A DNA stretch of 25,837 nucleotides from a virus (lineage: Duplodnaviria; Caudoviricetes): IMG/VR virus record IMGVR_UViG_3300016665_000172, positions 1 to 25,837 of that record. One strand, 5' to 3'. The notes beneath the pieces are model-generated. The model did not search any database, was not told the DNA's origin, and saw only the letters and a program-made list of their open reading frames with translations. Both the position numbers and the translations under genes were made by a program. Shown piece after piece: positions 10,053 through 18,091 of the stretch (the stretch's first letter is position 1; each line of letters begins with the position of its first letter).

Positions 10053-11137
10053 TAGCCTCGAATACCTCCAGTCATACCTACATGATTGTAAACAGTAGTT
10101 CCTCCACCACCGGCAGAGTTTATTAAATCAACGTACGGAACAATCATGTAAAGGCGTGTGTCATCATCTGTCCACGTCCCACCACTAGTCCAACTTCCAG
10201 ACTTAACAGTCCCATACATTGAATGAGCAAATGCCGTTCTATCAATGGCTTGCGTTAATCGTATATTGCCAAACTGGACGTTATTACCACCGGCAAGTAT
10301 GCCAATGACATATTCCGTCCCTGTGGTTAATGTCTGGGCTGTAGTCAATACGATGTCATGCGTATAGCCCTCAGCACTATTGGCTTGCATATCCGTATCA
10401 ATAGTTTCAGTATATGTTTCAGTTACGGTAGTGCCGGATATTGTTCCAATTTTAATATCGTAACTAGATGCAGTATTAATCTGCGCTCTAAATCGTATTC
10501 CCGCCAATCGCACAGAGCCACCTACGTTACTAGGAACTGTAAACCGTGTTCCATATCGCGTTGTTGTGAATGCATATGTGTCGGTAGTCACTAACTGTGC
10601 TGGATAACCATAGGCTGTTGTAGAACTACGCATCCCACCAATAAGTCCAGTTTGACGTGCAGAACCTCTAGATGCATAAGGGAATGTACTTCGGTTACCG
10701 TGTGACTCTTGGTTGTTGTTTAATTGATAGTTTAATGTAATGAGGTTAGACGCATCCCACGTTCCCGCTGTTGCAATAACGGTACATGACAATATCTGTC
10801 CACGTGTTACGTTATATGACGAACCAAGTGCTGCCCAATATAATGAACCCGATGCGCCACCGTATGTCACTGAAGAAGACGCAACTGTAACTGTCGCGTG
10901 GTGCGTTGTTCCGGGATTGCCAGAAGCATCAACATTGGAAAGACGAAATGTCAAATCACCGGGTGTACCGGTTCGTGTATTAAAGTTGAATCCGACGTGC
11001 GTAATAGTTGCATCTTCTGGCGCACGCAATATCACGTTATATTGCTGGTTTAGGGCGTTGAATGTAAGTGTATTGAAACCATGAAAAACATAGCCCCAAA
11101 CATCGTTACCAACTAAATTAAAGGCAAGTCCTTTCAT
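10052..11137 (-). CDS. Putative receptor-binding / appendage protein with two jelly-roll-like domains (361 aa)
   Basis: Two similar beta-rich halves (ITHVGFNF...YNVTRGQILSCTV and LAGIRFRA...QTLTTGTEYVIGI), then a GGGG linker and short tail HVGMTGGIRG. Confidence 0.6.
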   Translation of the reverse strand: MKGLAFNLVGNDVWGYVFHGFNTLTFNALNQQYNVILRAPEDATITHVGFNFNTRTGTPGDLTFRLSNVDASGNPGTTHHATVTVASSSVTYGGASGSLYWAALGSSYNVTRGQILSCTVIATAGTWDASNLITLNYQLNNNQESHGNRSTFPYASRGSARQTGLIGGMRSSTTAYGYPAQLVTTDTYAFTTTRYGTRFTVPSNVGGSVRLAGIRFRAQINTASSYDIKIGTISGTTVTETYTETIDTDMQANSAEGYTHDIVLTTAQTLTTGTEYVIGILAGGNNVQFGNIRLTQAIDRTAFAHSMYGTVKSGSWTSGGTWTDDDTRLYMIVPYVDLINSAGGGGTTVYNHVGMTGGIRG

Positions 11138-11388
11138 AGTCGTTTTACCCAGTTGCCATTAGACTCATTTGTATCTAATTGGCATTGCCCGGATGCATTT
11201 CCATTTACTAGCCAGTCATTAAGTAAAAGCCATATCATGCTGTCCGTCGCCGCTTGTAATCGGCGTTCCACGTCATCTTGTAACGCCTGTCTATCAACAT
11301 ACGACTTGCCATAACCATCCGGTAACGACACATAAATACTGCCGTCTGGCTGTTCTTGTACATCTAATAGTGTGGCTATTGACTGCAT
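11134..11388 (-). CDS. Hypothetical protein (84 aa)
   Basis: AAGGA Shine-Dalgarno upstream and ATGA overlap with the next gene. Confidence 0.75.
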   Translation of the reverse strand: MQSIATLLDVQEQPDGSIYVSLPDGYGKSYVDRQALQDDVERRLQAATDSMIWLLLNDWLVNGNASGQCQLDTNESNGNWVKRL

Positions 11389-11407
11389 TGATAAATCCTT
11401 TTCTTCG

Positions 11408-11692
11408 CTACTTTATTGACCATCGATGCTTATGCCACGATACCGCCCATGAAAACAACCCTGCTAGTCCAATGTTTACGGCAACCTCACTCCACATAGG
11501 GTTACTGAGTGTCAATACGCTGAATAACGAGCCTGCCGCTATAGACGCAAGCGATACCCGTATCCACCACTGCATCACAAATGACATACGTTCTATAGGT
11601 GATTTCTCATGCCTGAGAATCGCTATAAAGCCTGTAGTCGATATACAGATAGCACCGTTTGCGACTGCATTAACTAGGAGTTTGAGTTCCAT
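11408..11692 (-). CDS. Small membrane protein, about 3 TM segments, holin-like (94 aa)
   Basis: Three hydrophobic segments and a basic C-terminus (WHKHRWSIK). Confidence 0.65.
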   Translation of the reverse strand: MELKLLVNAVANGAICISTTGFIAILRHEKSPIERMSFVMQWWIRVSLASIAAGSLFSVLTLSNPMWSEVAVNIGLAGLFSWAVSWHKHRWSIK

Positions 11693-11984
11693 TTGGTTTA
11701 TCTTTTTGCCCGGTTAGATTTAGTTTTGCCGTGACAATTTCAACGCCACGCAATCCAAGCGTCCCCATCAAGAAAGACAACCCAAGCATATATTTTGGGT
11801 CTTTAATATGCAGTGGTGCGGCGATGATTGGTGTAAGGTATGTCGCACTCGCTGTACCACTTATGACTGAGATAATTAATGCACCAAAGTTCTGATGTGA
11901 CTGACGGCTTATGCCGACGATACTACCAAAGAACCCTGCAATGATTTGCTGAATGTCGTCTACTGAAAGACCCGTTTTATCCAT
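11670..11984 (-). CDS. Putative holin (104 aa; start reassigned to MDKTG at 11984)
   Basis: Holin-like pattern IIAGFFGSIV...SGTASATYLTP...LSFLMGTLGLRGVE with about 3 TM segments. GAGGGA SD precedes ATG 11984. Confidence 0.7.
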   Translation of the reverse strand: MDKTGLSVDDIQQIIAGFFGSIVGISRQSHQNFGALIISVISGTASATYLTPIIAAPLHIKDPKYMLGLSFLMGTLGLRGVEIVTAKLNLTGQKDKPNGTQTPS

Positions 11985-12273
11985 CTGTTTCCCTCGTTGC
12001 TTCACTTACTTTTGATACCTCCGGCAATCGTGGTGAAAACATAGGGAGGCTACTGTCCTGTCTCATAAAGAAAGCAATCATAGCAGTAACCATTGCTGGG
12101 ACACCTGCACGGATACCCTCGATGGATGAAAGCATAAGTACACGCATGACAACGCCAAACGGAGCGGTATCTGGAATGTGCGCCGATTTCCACGCCGCAT
12201 CAAACTCAGGAGCCGCACTTGCAACAAACGCACCCAATGCTATTAATACAAGTCTTCCGTAAGCGATATTCAT
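11977..12273 (-). CDS. Small membrane protein (98 aa)
   Basis: Hydrophobic N-terminus (LVLIALGAFVASAA), second hydrophobic segment (AGVPAMVTAMIAFFM) and a charged tail. Confidence 0.65.
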   Translation of the reverse strand: MNIAYGRLVLIALGAFVASAAPEFDAAWKSAHIPDTAPFGVVMRVLMLSSIEGIRAGVPAMVTAMIAFFMRQDSSLPMFSPRLPEVSKVSEATRETDG

Positions 12274-12280
12274 AACAGAC

Positions 12281-13255
12281 CTACTTTACTGCCGGTGGTG
12301 CTACTGGTGGAGACGCATAAGGACTGCCTTCCATTTTGAGGGAAGAATCTAGTTGATTCCACAACCTTTGCGTTGAATCAAACCACCATTGTTGCCAGAG
12401 TTGAATACGAGCGGCTAATGATGGGTCATCAAGGTTTTTCATCGCTAATTTGTAAGCGGCGTAAACAGGCAAAGTATTTCGCAATACGTCATCTGGGGCA
12501 AACAACGAATCCGCGACTAGGCTATGAACACCTGCTGGTATTGCACCTGCAATCGTTACAGCCGTTCCACCAATTGACGTTGATACCGTTATGTTTGTAG
12601 CGGTTTTAGTAAGTATGTAATATGTCGTCCCTAAAGATAGCCCTGACGGCAACGTGGTGGTTGTAGTGAAATAAACAGGTTGATTCACTACAAGACTTAC
12701 GTTACCGAACGAACCGCCGATATTAGCACTACCGCCACCTACTGGACTTGTTACATATATGCCCGTTGCAGGTGGCAATCCAGCACCATAAATACTAACC
12801 GCAGAGGATGATGCTACAGCAGGGAAAATGCCCACTGTTTGTGGCTCACGTCTATACCAATAAGTTGGCGATGTAGTCGTTCCACCGTTAGGTAAAGTGA
12901 GAGTCCCACTGAATGTCTCAAAATTTGGTTGCCATGCACGCAAGCGTAAATCCGATGTGTGCTGTAACAGTGAACCTGCGACAGACACGCTCATAGGAAA
13001 CCAAATTGATGATGTCGCGAACGATGCAACCGAACCAGTAAAACCCGTAAGAGAAAGTGTTGTCGGGATATATACACATGAACGAGCCATCTCTGAGGCG
13101 GCTTCGTTAATAAATTGGTCTATCGTAGACGTTGTTGTAACTACATCAGAGCCACCAGAACCATCTGGTAACGCACCGATAGGGCTGTTAGCAATCGTAC
13201 CTACTTCGTTAAGCAGGATAAGTGTGTCGTTGCGGAGGTCAGCAAGAGTTGCCAT
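12281..13255 (-). CDS. Head-tail adaptor-like protein, paralog 2, with inserted beta module (324 aa)
   Basis: MATLADLRND...IDQFINEAASEMAR...PTYWY...VGIFP...LPVYAAYKLAMK matches the podovirus adaptor pattern. Confidence 0.7.
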   Translation of the reverse strand: MATLADLRNDTLILLNEVGTIANSPIGALPDGSGGSDVVTTTSTIDQFINEAASEMARSCVYIPTTLSLTGFTGSVASFATSSIWFPMSVSVAGSLLQHTSDLRLRAWQPNFETFSGTLTLPNGGTTTSPTYWYRREPQTVGIFPAVASSSAVSIYGAGLPPATGIYVTSPVGGGSANIGGSFGNVSLVVNQPVYFTTTTTLPSGLSLGTTYYILTKTATNITVSTSIGGTAVTIAGAIPAGVHSLVADSLFAPDDVLRNTLPVYAAYKLAMKNLDDPSLAARIQLWQQWWFDSTQRLWNQLDSSLKMEGSPYASPPVAPPAVK

Positions 13256-13905
13256 TACACCATCCTCGTATGATACGTTGCCGCGTAAGCCTCTACATCG
13301 CCCAACCTGCGTTGAAATTCAGGGAAGTACATCTGCATTCCCGGTGCGTCACGCATCTGCATTGCACGTTGATATAGAACCGCATAGACAAGGCAATCGT
13401 GTGCTACTTGTGGCAGGGGGCATTCGTGGTCTTCAGTAGGAACACTTGTATCAATTGTTCCACTAGCGTTGTATTGCCAGATGTCGCCGGGTTGCATAAA
13501 GCCTTCCAGCATCAAGCCGCTTGTAATAACAGAATCCGGTGCAGGTTTAAGTCGCACACGGTTCATTCCATAGATGACGGCTAAGTCTGGGTATGTAGCC
13601 GTTGTGTCGTTTCGCCTAGAATCAAACTTGACAGTTGACCAGTTCATCTGGCGTAGACGCTTGTAGTCACCATTCTCCAAAAAGTAAATGCCCCGAATCT
13701 TATATATATCCGGGGCGCAATACTCATCTTCACCGGCGACAGTATCAAGGTATCGTCTGCCAACCAGACAGTCGGTAGACCGTGCTATCTGGTTAGCCAT
13801 TTCTATCAAGAGCAAGTCCAAGCCAAACGGGTCTTGGTCTGGCATCCCGTTAAAGAGATGCCCACCAAGGACACGAATACGTTGCTTGAGTTGCGCTCTT
13901 GTCAT
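13255..13905 (-). CDS. Head-tail adaptor-like protein, paralog 1 (216 aa)
   Basis: MTRAQLKQRIR...NQIARSTDCL...VRLKPAPD...LPQVAHDCLVYAVLYQRAM matches the adaptor pattern. Confidence 0.75.
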   Translation of the reverse strand: MTRAQLKQRIRVLGGHLFNGMPDQDPFGLDLLLIEMANQIARSTDCLVGRRYLDTVAGEDEYCAPDIYKIRGIYFLENGDYKRLRQMNWSTVKFDSRRNDTTATYPDLAVIYGMNRVRLKPAPDSVITSGLMLEGFMQPGDIWQYNASGTIDTSVPTEDHECPLPQVAHDCLVYAVLYQRAMQMRDAPGMQMYFPEFQRRLGDVEAYAATYHTRMV

Positions 13906-15245
13906 TACGATACCTGTGCGCTATCTGCACCCATTGAGATATCTGCGTTATAGATAGCAATGTAGCCATCTTGTACAGCAGAACCATTGAGTTGTTGAAC
14001 CGCCATGCGGAGCCAAGGTCGCAATGTCTTAGACATCTGCACATTAACAATCTTTGGCTTGCGTCCAACAAATAATGGAGCAGGAGCGGCAGAAATAGCA
14101 ACCGCCGCACCATTAATGGTAGCCGCTACTTGGAATGTAGTCTGTGTTGGTGTTGAGATAACGTAATACCCCAAACCAGTCGTCAAACCGCCAAGTGTTG
14201 AGGATGGAACAACAAACTGACCGACTTCAAGTCCGTGTGGAACTGCTGTCGTAATAGTCGTCGTTGCACCAGCCGATGGGAAGACAGATGGCAATACCGC
14301 AAAGTTAACCTTGCCAGCAAATACCGTACCGGGTGTTCCACCTACAGCAACTGTCGAACCACCAGAAGACGTAGAGAGCGTTACGCCGGTAGATGCAACA
14401 CTAGTTACATAATAAAGCGTACCTGCTGTACCAAGTCCTGTAATAGAACCGTTAGCACCGAATATAACAGTGTCACCAACCTGCATTGGCTCATTGAAAA
14501 GGATTCGGTCTCCAGCGTCATCAACACTTGCAACTGTTAGCGGTGTAGCATTCTGCCCGACAAGCAATGTACCGTTGGTCATTGGTGTAGTCGAGATAGC
14601 AACCTGCGTAGTTCCACCAAGTGCAGTTACAAGAGTAAAGGTTGTAGCACCAGTTTGCTGAACAACATATGGCGTTCTAGTTGCAACACCTGCACCTGCG
14701 CCACCAACACCTGTGAACATTACAATAGAACCAGTAGCCGGTGCGCTACCTGTCGCTACCGTAAACACTGCTGGTGTAGCGGCAGTACCTGAAGAAATAG
14801 TCACACCAGATGCTGTAGCAAGACAAGTACCAACACCAGAAACTTGCGACCATGCTGTATTTGCAGTCGGAGCGGTTCCATCACCTCTATCATTAGCACC
14901 CTGCACAATAAACTGACACGCTTCTGGACCAACAAAACCTACAGGTGCAACGGTAGCACGTAGGTAGTAATCACCAGAAGATGTTCCATTGAAAATAACA
15001 GGGTCACCGGGAATAGCGGATGTTGCTACACCTGAAACAAGGTTAGTGTTGTCTGCAATCTGGTTACGCCACTGAGTAAAGTTCAGCGCATCAGAATAAC
15101 CAACAGCCCACTGGTTAGCCGTCGCAACCAGCGTTACAAGTCCACCCCGATAAGGGCTTGCTGTAATGTCGCGGTCAACAGCGGCTACGTTAGTGGTTGC
15201 TCCTACGTCGGAAAATGTCCAACGCAGTTCGTAATCTCTAGCCAT
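13905..15245 (-). CDS. Capsid decoration/cement-like protein, paralog 2, with three inserted beta modules (446 aa)
   Basis: Shares MARD.. start and NAL/DAL-N, DPxIxxG, xLRxTxAP, WxxV and PWxR motifs with the upstream 292-aa gene. Strong SD AAGGAG. Confidence 0.6.
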   Translation of the reverse strand: MARDYELRWTFSDVGATTNVAAVDRDITASPYRGGLVTLVATANQWAVGYSDALNFTQWRNQIADNTNLVSGVATSAIPGDPVIFNGTSSGDYYLRATVAPVGFVGPEACQFIVQGANDRGDGTAPTANTAWSQVSGVGTCLATASGVTISSGTAATPAVFTVATGSAPATGSIVMFTGVGGAGAGVATRTPYVVQQTGATTFTLVTALGGTTQVAISTTPMTNGTLLVGQNATPLTVASVDDAGDRILFNEPMQVGDTVIFGANGSITGLGTAGTLYYVTSVASTGVTLSTSSGGSTVAVGGTPGTVFAGKVNFAVLPSVFPSAGATTTITTAVPHGLEVGQFVVPSSTLGGLTTGLGYYVISTPTQTTFQVAATINGAAVAISAAPAPLFVGRKPKIVNVQMSKTLRPWLRMAVQQLNGSAVQDGYIAIYNADISMGADSAQVS

Positions 15246-15257
15246 TAATATCTCCTT

Positions 15258-15283
15258 GGGGAGAGTAGTTTCCTACCCTCCCC
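15258..15283 (-). promoter_or_regulatory. 11-bp stem / GAAA tetraloop RNA hairpin between the two decoration-like genes
   Basis: The minus strand reads GGGGAGGGTAG-GAAA-CTACTCTCCCC (one G-U pair), immediately followed by AAGGAGATATTA-ATG. There is no U-tract on the coding strand. Confidence 0.75.
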
Positions 15284-15290
15284 TTTGTTC

Positions 15291-16169
15291 TTAGTATGTA
15301 GCCGACGAGTCGCGACCTGCGGTCATAAACACGTTATCAAGCCATACACCAGCATACTGTGCTACCGTAGTACCACTGTTTGGTGTTGCCCGGAATGCAA
15401 CGCGAATCCATGGTTTTGTATTTGCGTTGATTGGAATATTGATAATGCGTGGACCGCCAGCGAATCCTGCAATACCAGACCTATCAAAAGTCTGTGCAGC
15501 AGCCGAGGTCGATAGTAGTGTATTCACAACGCCACTACCAGCAGTCTTTGTCAAGCCAAAGGTCGTTGCTGTAAGTGGAATCACAAACAACGGCTCACCA
15601 ACTGCAATATTAGTACCTGCGGCGCGAGCAACAAGAACAGTGCCTGCGGTCAGTCCATGCGCGGATGCTGTGGTGACAACACCAGCGACCACACCTGCGC
15701 CGGTAGACACAACCGTTGCATAACTTGGAATTGGGTTAACTGGAACTGATGCACCAATGTTTGTCCAGTCCGTACCTGCTGTACCAGTACCACTATCTGA
15801 TGCCGCTTCAACTTCAAGTTCAAATAGACATCCAGATGTGTTTAACGGACCAATTGGCGCGTACGTCAATCTCAGCCACCGCTCGGTTGCAGACGTGCCA
15901 CCCCAGATTGCAGGGTCATTGAGGATTGCACTCGTTTCGCCTGAAACTAGAATTGACTGGTCAGCATTAGTATCACGGAAGCCAGCGCGGTTAAGAGCGT
16001 TTGTTGTTCCACGATACCAAAGGCTTGCAGTTGCGGCTGTTGCCGATGTATGAATTACAGCACCTGACGTAGCAGTTGCACTATTGCCATAGTTGACAAC
16101 AGCAAACTGGTTAGCCGCGTTAAATGCTGTCTGCGAAAAACGCAGTGTAAGTTTATTATCTCTAGCCAT
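15291..16169 (-). CDS. Capsid decoration/cement-like protein, paralog 1 (292 aa)
   Basis: Directly follows the major capsid gene with SD AAAGGAG. Beta-rich, and the C-terminal KPWIRV resembles the RYxR strand of Bbp16-like cement proteins. Confidence 0.6.
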   Translation of the reverse strand: MARDNKLTLRFSQTAFNAANQFAVVNYGNSATATSGAVIHTSATAATASLWYRGTTNALNRAGFRDTNADQSILVSGETSAILNDPAIWGGTSATERWLRLTYAPIGPLNTSGCLFELEVEAASDSGTGTAGTDWTNIGASVPVNPIPSYATVVSTGAGVVAGVVTTASAHGLTAGTVLVARAAGTNIAVGEPLFVIPLTATTFGLTKTAGSGVVNTLLSTSAAAQTFDRSGIAGFAGGPRIINIPINANTKPWIRVAFRATPNSGTTVAQYAGVWLDNVFMTAGRDSSATY

Positions 16170-16187
16170 AGTTGCGCTCCTTTCTTA

Positions 16188-17216
16188 TTATGCGGAGACG
16201 CGAACCTTCATGCGTCCGATTGAACGTGTATGTGGGACCCAAAGTCCAACACCCCAGTCAAATACGACATTATGCATGATGCCATTTTCCTTAGAAAGAC
16301 CAAGGTACTGTGGCTTGAATGGTCCGCTCTGCCAGCCCTGAACATAACCCGTTCCGTAACGAACAGCGTAGATGTGTGAACATTTACCTGCATCACCGGC
16401 TACACCGTTATTGAGGTTGTCAGGAATGATGTGCGTCACACCATCAGACTTACGTCCAACAGTACGGATGGTTGCGTTCTTATACTTTTCAACAGGACGC
16501 TGATAGGAGTCTTGGGTGATATCAAAACCAGCACCGATACCCATGACGCGGATATTAAGTTCGATACGTCGTTTGGTTGCTTCGTTCATGTAGAACACAA
16601 CACCGTCACCATCTGGTGCGTTCATGTTGTCAAGCAGTTCCTGCATCTTAAAGATGAAGTTGTTACCTGTAGTCGCGGAGTTGGTATACAAGTCAGCAGA
16701 GCCACCGGTAAGAGCCAAGTCCATTTCAGCAGGAATATCGTAGTCAGCGACGTTATTCATGCGGTAAGCAAGACCGGGGAAACAGTCAGCAGAGTTACCT
16801 GCCGCAGGGCTGGACGGGTCGTTGTTGATGAACTTGTCGTTGAAGTCATAGGCAAAGCCTTCGAGGAAGATTTGCACTTGCGCTTCGATTGGGTCGATGA
16901 TGTTCGTTGGCTGGTCAAGCAGAACATGGTCAACCAGAATCTTGTTACGAACAAGGTACAGCGACTCTTCGTAGGACTTTGGTTTACCCTTGACGGCTAC
17001 AGGCTCAGAGTTAACACCCGTCCAGTTAGGAGCAGGGATATTCTGGTTGAGGTAGCGCATACCAACCTGCTTGAGGGACGGGCTGGTAAAGAGAGGGATG
17101 TCCTTAAGAGCATTCCACGTTTGATGAAGAGATTTTGTAATCTCTTTGACGAGAGGGTCATTGCTTAGGGCGGCGTGGTCAGCCAGCGTAAGCGCACCGT
17201 TAAAATCAATTGCCAT
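16188..17216 (-). CDS. Major capsid protein (HK97-fold, 342 aa)
   Basis: LTLADHA...LKDIPL...FINND...FPGLAYR...SHIYAVRYG...WGVGL...SIGRM pattern. Lies after portal and scaffold, has visibly C-ending codon bias, and ends in a double TAA stop. Confidence 0.9.
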   Translation of the reverse strand: MAIDFNGALTLADHAALSNDPLVKEITKSLHQTWNALKDIPLFTSPSLKQVGMRYLNQNIPAPNWTGVNSEPVAVKGKPKSYEESLYLVRNKILVDHVLLDQPTNIIDPIEAQVQIFLEGFAYDFNDKFINNDPSSPAAGNSADCFPGLAYRMNNVADYDIPAEMDLALTGGSADLYTNSATTGNNFIFKMQELLDNMNAPDGDGVVFYMNEATKRRIELNIRVMGIGAGFDITQDSYQRPVEKYKNATIRTVGRKSDGVTHIIPDNLNNGVAGDAGKCSHIYAVRYGTGYVQGWQSGPFKPQYLGLSKENGIMHNVVFDWGVGLWVPHTRSIGRMKVRVSA

Positions 17217-17227
17217 AGTTTTTCACC

Positions 17228-18070
17228 TTAAAGGTCTTGTCGTCCCCGGGTAATACCCATCAACGACGCGAGTGATTGTCGTCCACCTTGCTGTTGTTGT
17301 TGCCCACCATTAGCAACAACGGGTCTTGCAGTCTGCGAGTTCGTAGTCGGCGTGGGAGCAGTACGACCGGCTTGCAACTTAGACAGCAATTGCGGCACTA
17401 ATGCCTTTGAAAGTTTCTCAATCTGTTCGTGAATCACACGTGCGGCTACATCTGGTTGAACACCATTAGCGATAAGACTGTCCACCGCTTCAGGGTTCTG
17501 TTTAGCCAGTGGGTATTGACTAATAGCAGTTGATTTCTGCTGGTCCATCATATACTGGCTGACCTGTGCCATTGCCTGTTGATATCTAAACCGTTCCAGT
17601 TCGGCTTGCATCTGCAAGTTTCCCGTTGTGGGGTCGATTAGTTCTTGGGCTTCCATCTCACGGTAGCGGTCAATGATTTGTTGTTCTTGCGCCTGTTGCT
17701 GTTGCTTTATGATTGTCTGTCGCAAATCTTCGGCAGACTGGAAGCCTTGGCGTTCAAACTCTTGAATAACTTCGCCCCACTTAGACAAACGGTCGTTTGC
17801 ACTGCGGGCTTTTTCATTGACTTCTTTAAACCGCTCGTAAGGAATCGGACTTGGGTCGTCCTGCACCTGCGGTTCACTGGCAGGTTGTTCCACCCCCAGT
17901 AAGTCATACACATCGTATGACTCTTGGACACCCTGTGTGTTTACGTCTTGGGTATCTAATGCGGGTTCGACGGAGTCCCGCACCATGTCCATAATGGCAC
18001 TTGCCGCACCATTGTTGTCTGTAGCACCCGTCGGCGAATCGGGCATTTGTGTCGCCATCTCTACTGACAT
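17228..18070 (-). CDS. Capsid scaffolding protein (280 aa)
   Basis: Acidic disordered N-terminus, IPYERFKEVNEK motif, Gln-rich coiled coil, and a Pro/Thr linker leading to a short C-terminal helix. Lies between portal and capsid. Confidence 0.8.
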   Translation of the reverse strand: MSVEMATQMPDSPTGATDNNGAASAIMDMVRDSVEPALDTQDVNTQGVQESYDVYDLLGVEQPASEPQVQDDPSPIPYERFKEVNEKARSANDRLSKWGEVIQEFERQGFQSAEDLRQTIIKQQQQAQEQQIIDRYREMEAQELIDPTTGNLQMQAELERFRYQQAMAQVSQYMMDQQKSTAISQYPLAKQNPEAVDSLIANGVQPDVAARVIHEQIEKLSKALVPQLLSKLQAGRTAPTPTTNSQTARPVVANGGQQQQQGGRQSLASLMGITRGRQDL

Positions 18071-18091
18071 CTCGATTATTGCTCCCTATTG

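Noticed and set aside
8574-11137. Possible diversity-generating retroelement target in the fibre genes
   Set aside because: No reverse transcriptase and no template/variable repeat pair with adenine-specific mismatches were seen by eye in the window.
16170-16190. Possible readthrough or frameshift fusion of capsid and decoration protein
   Set aside because: The capsid gene ends in tandem TAA TAA, the next gene has its own strong SD, and no slippery site is evident.
16431-17168. 245-aa plus-strand ORF antisense to the major capsid gene
   Set aside because: It is a shadow ORF expected from the biased codon usage of the capsid gene, with no recognisable motifs.
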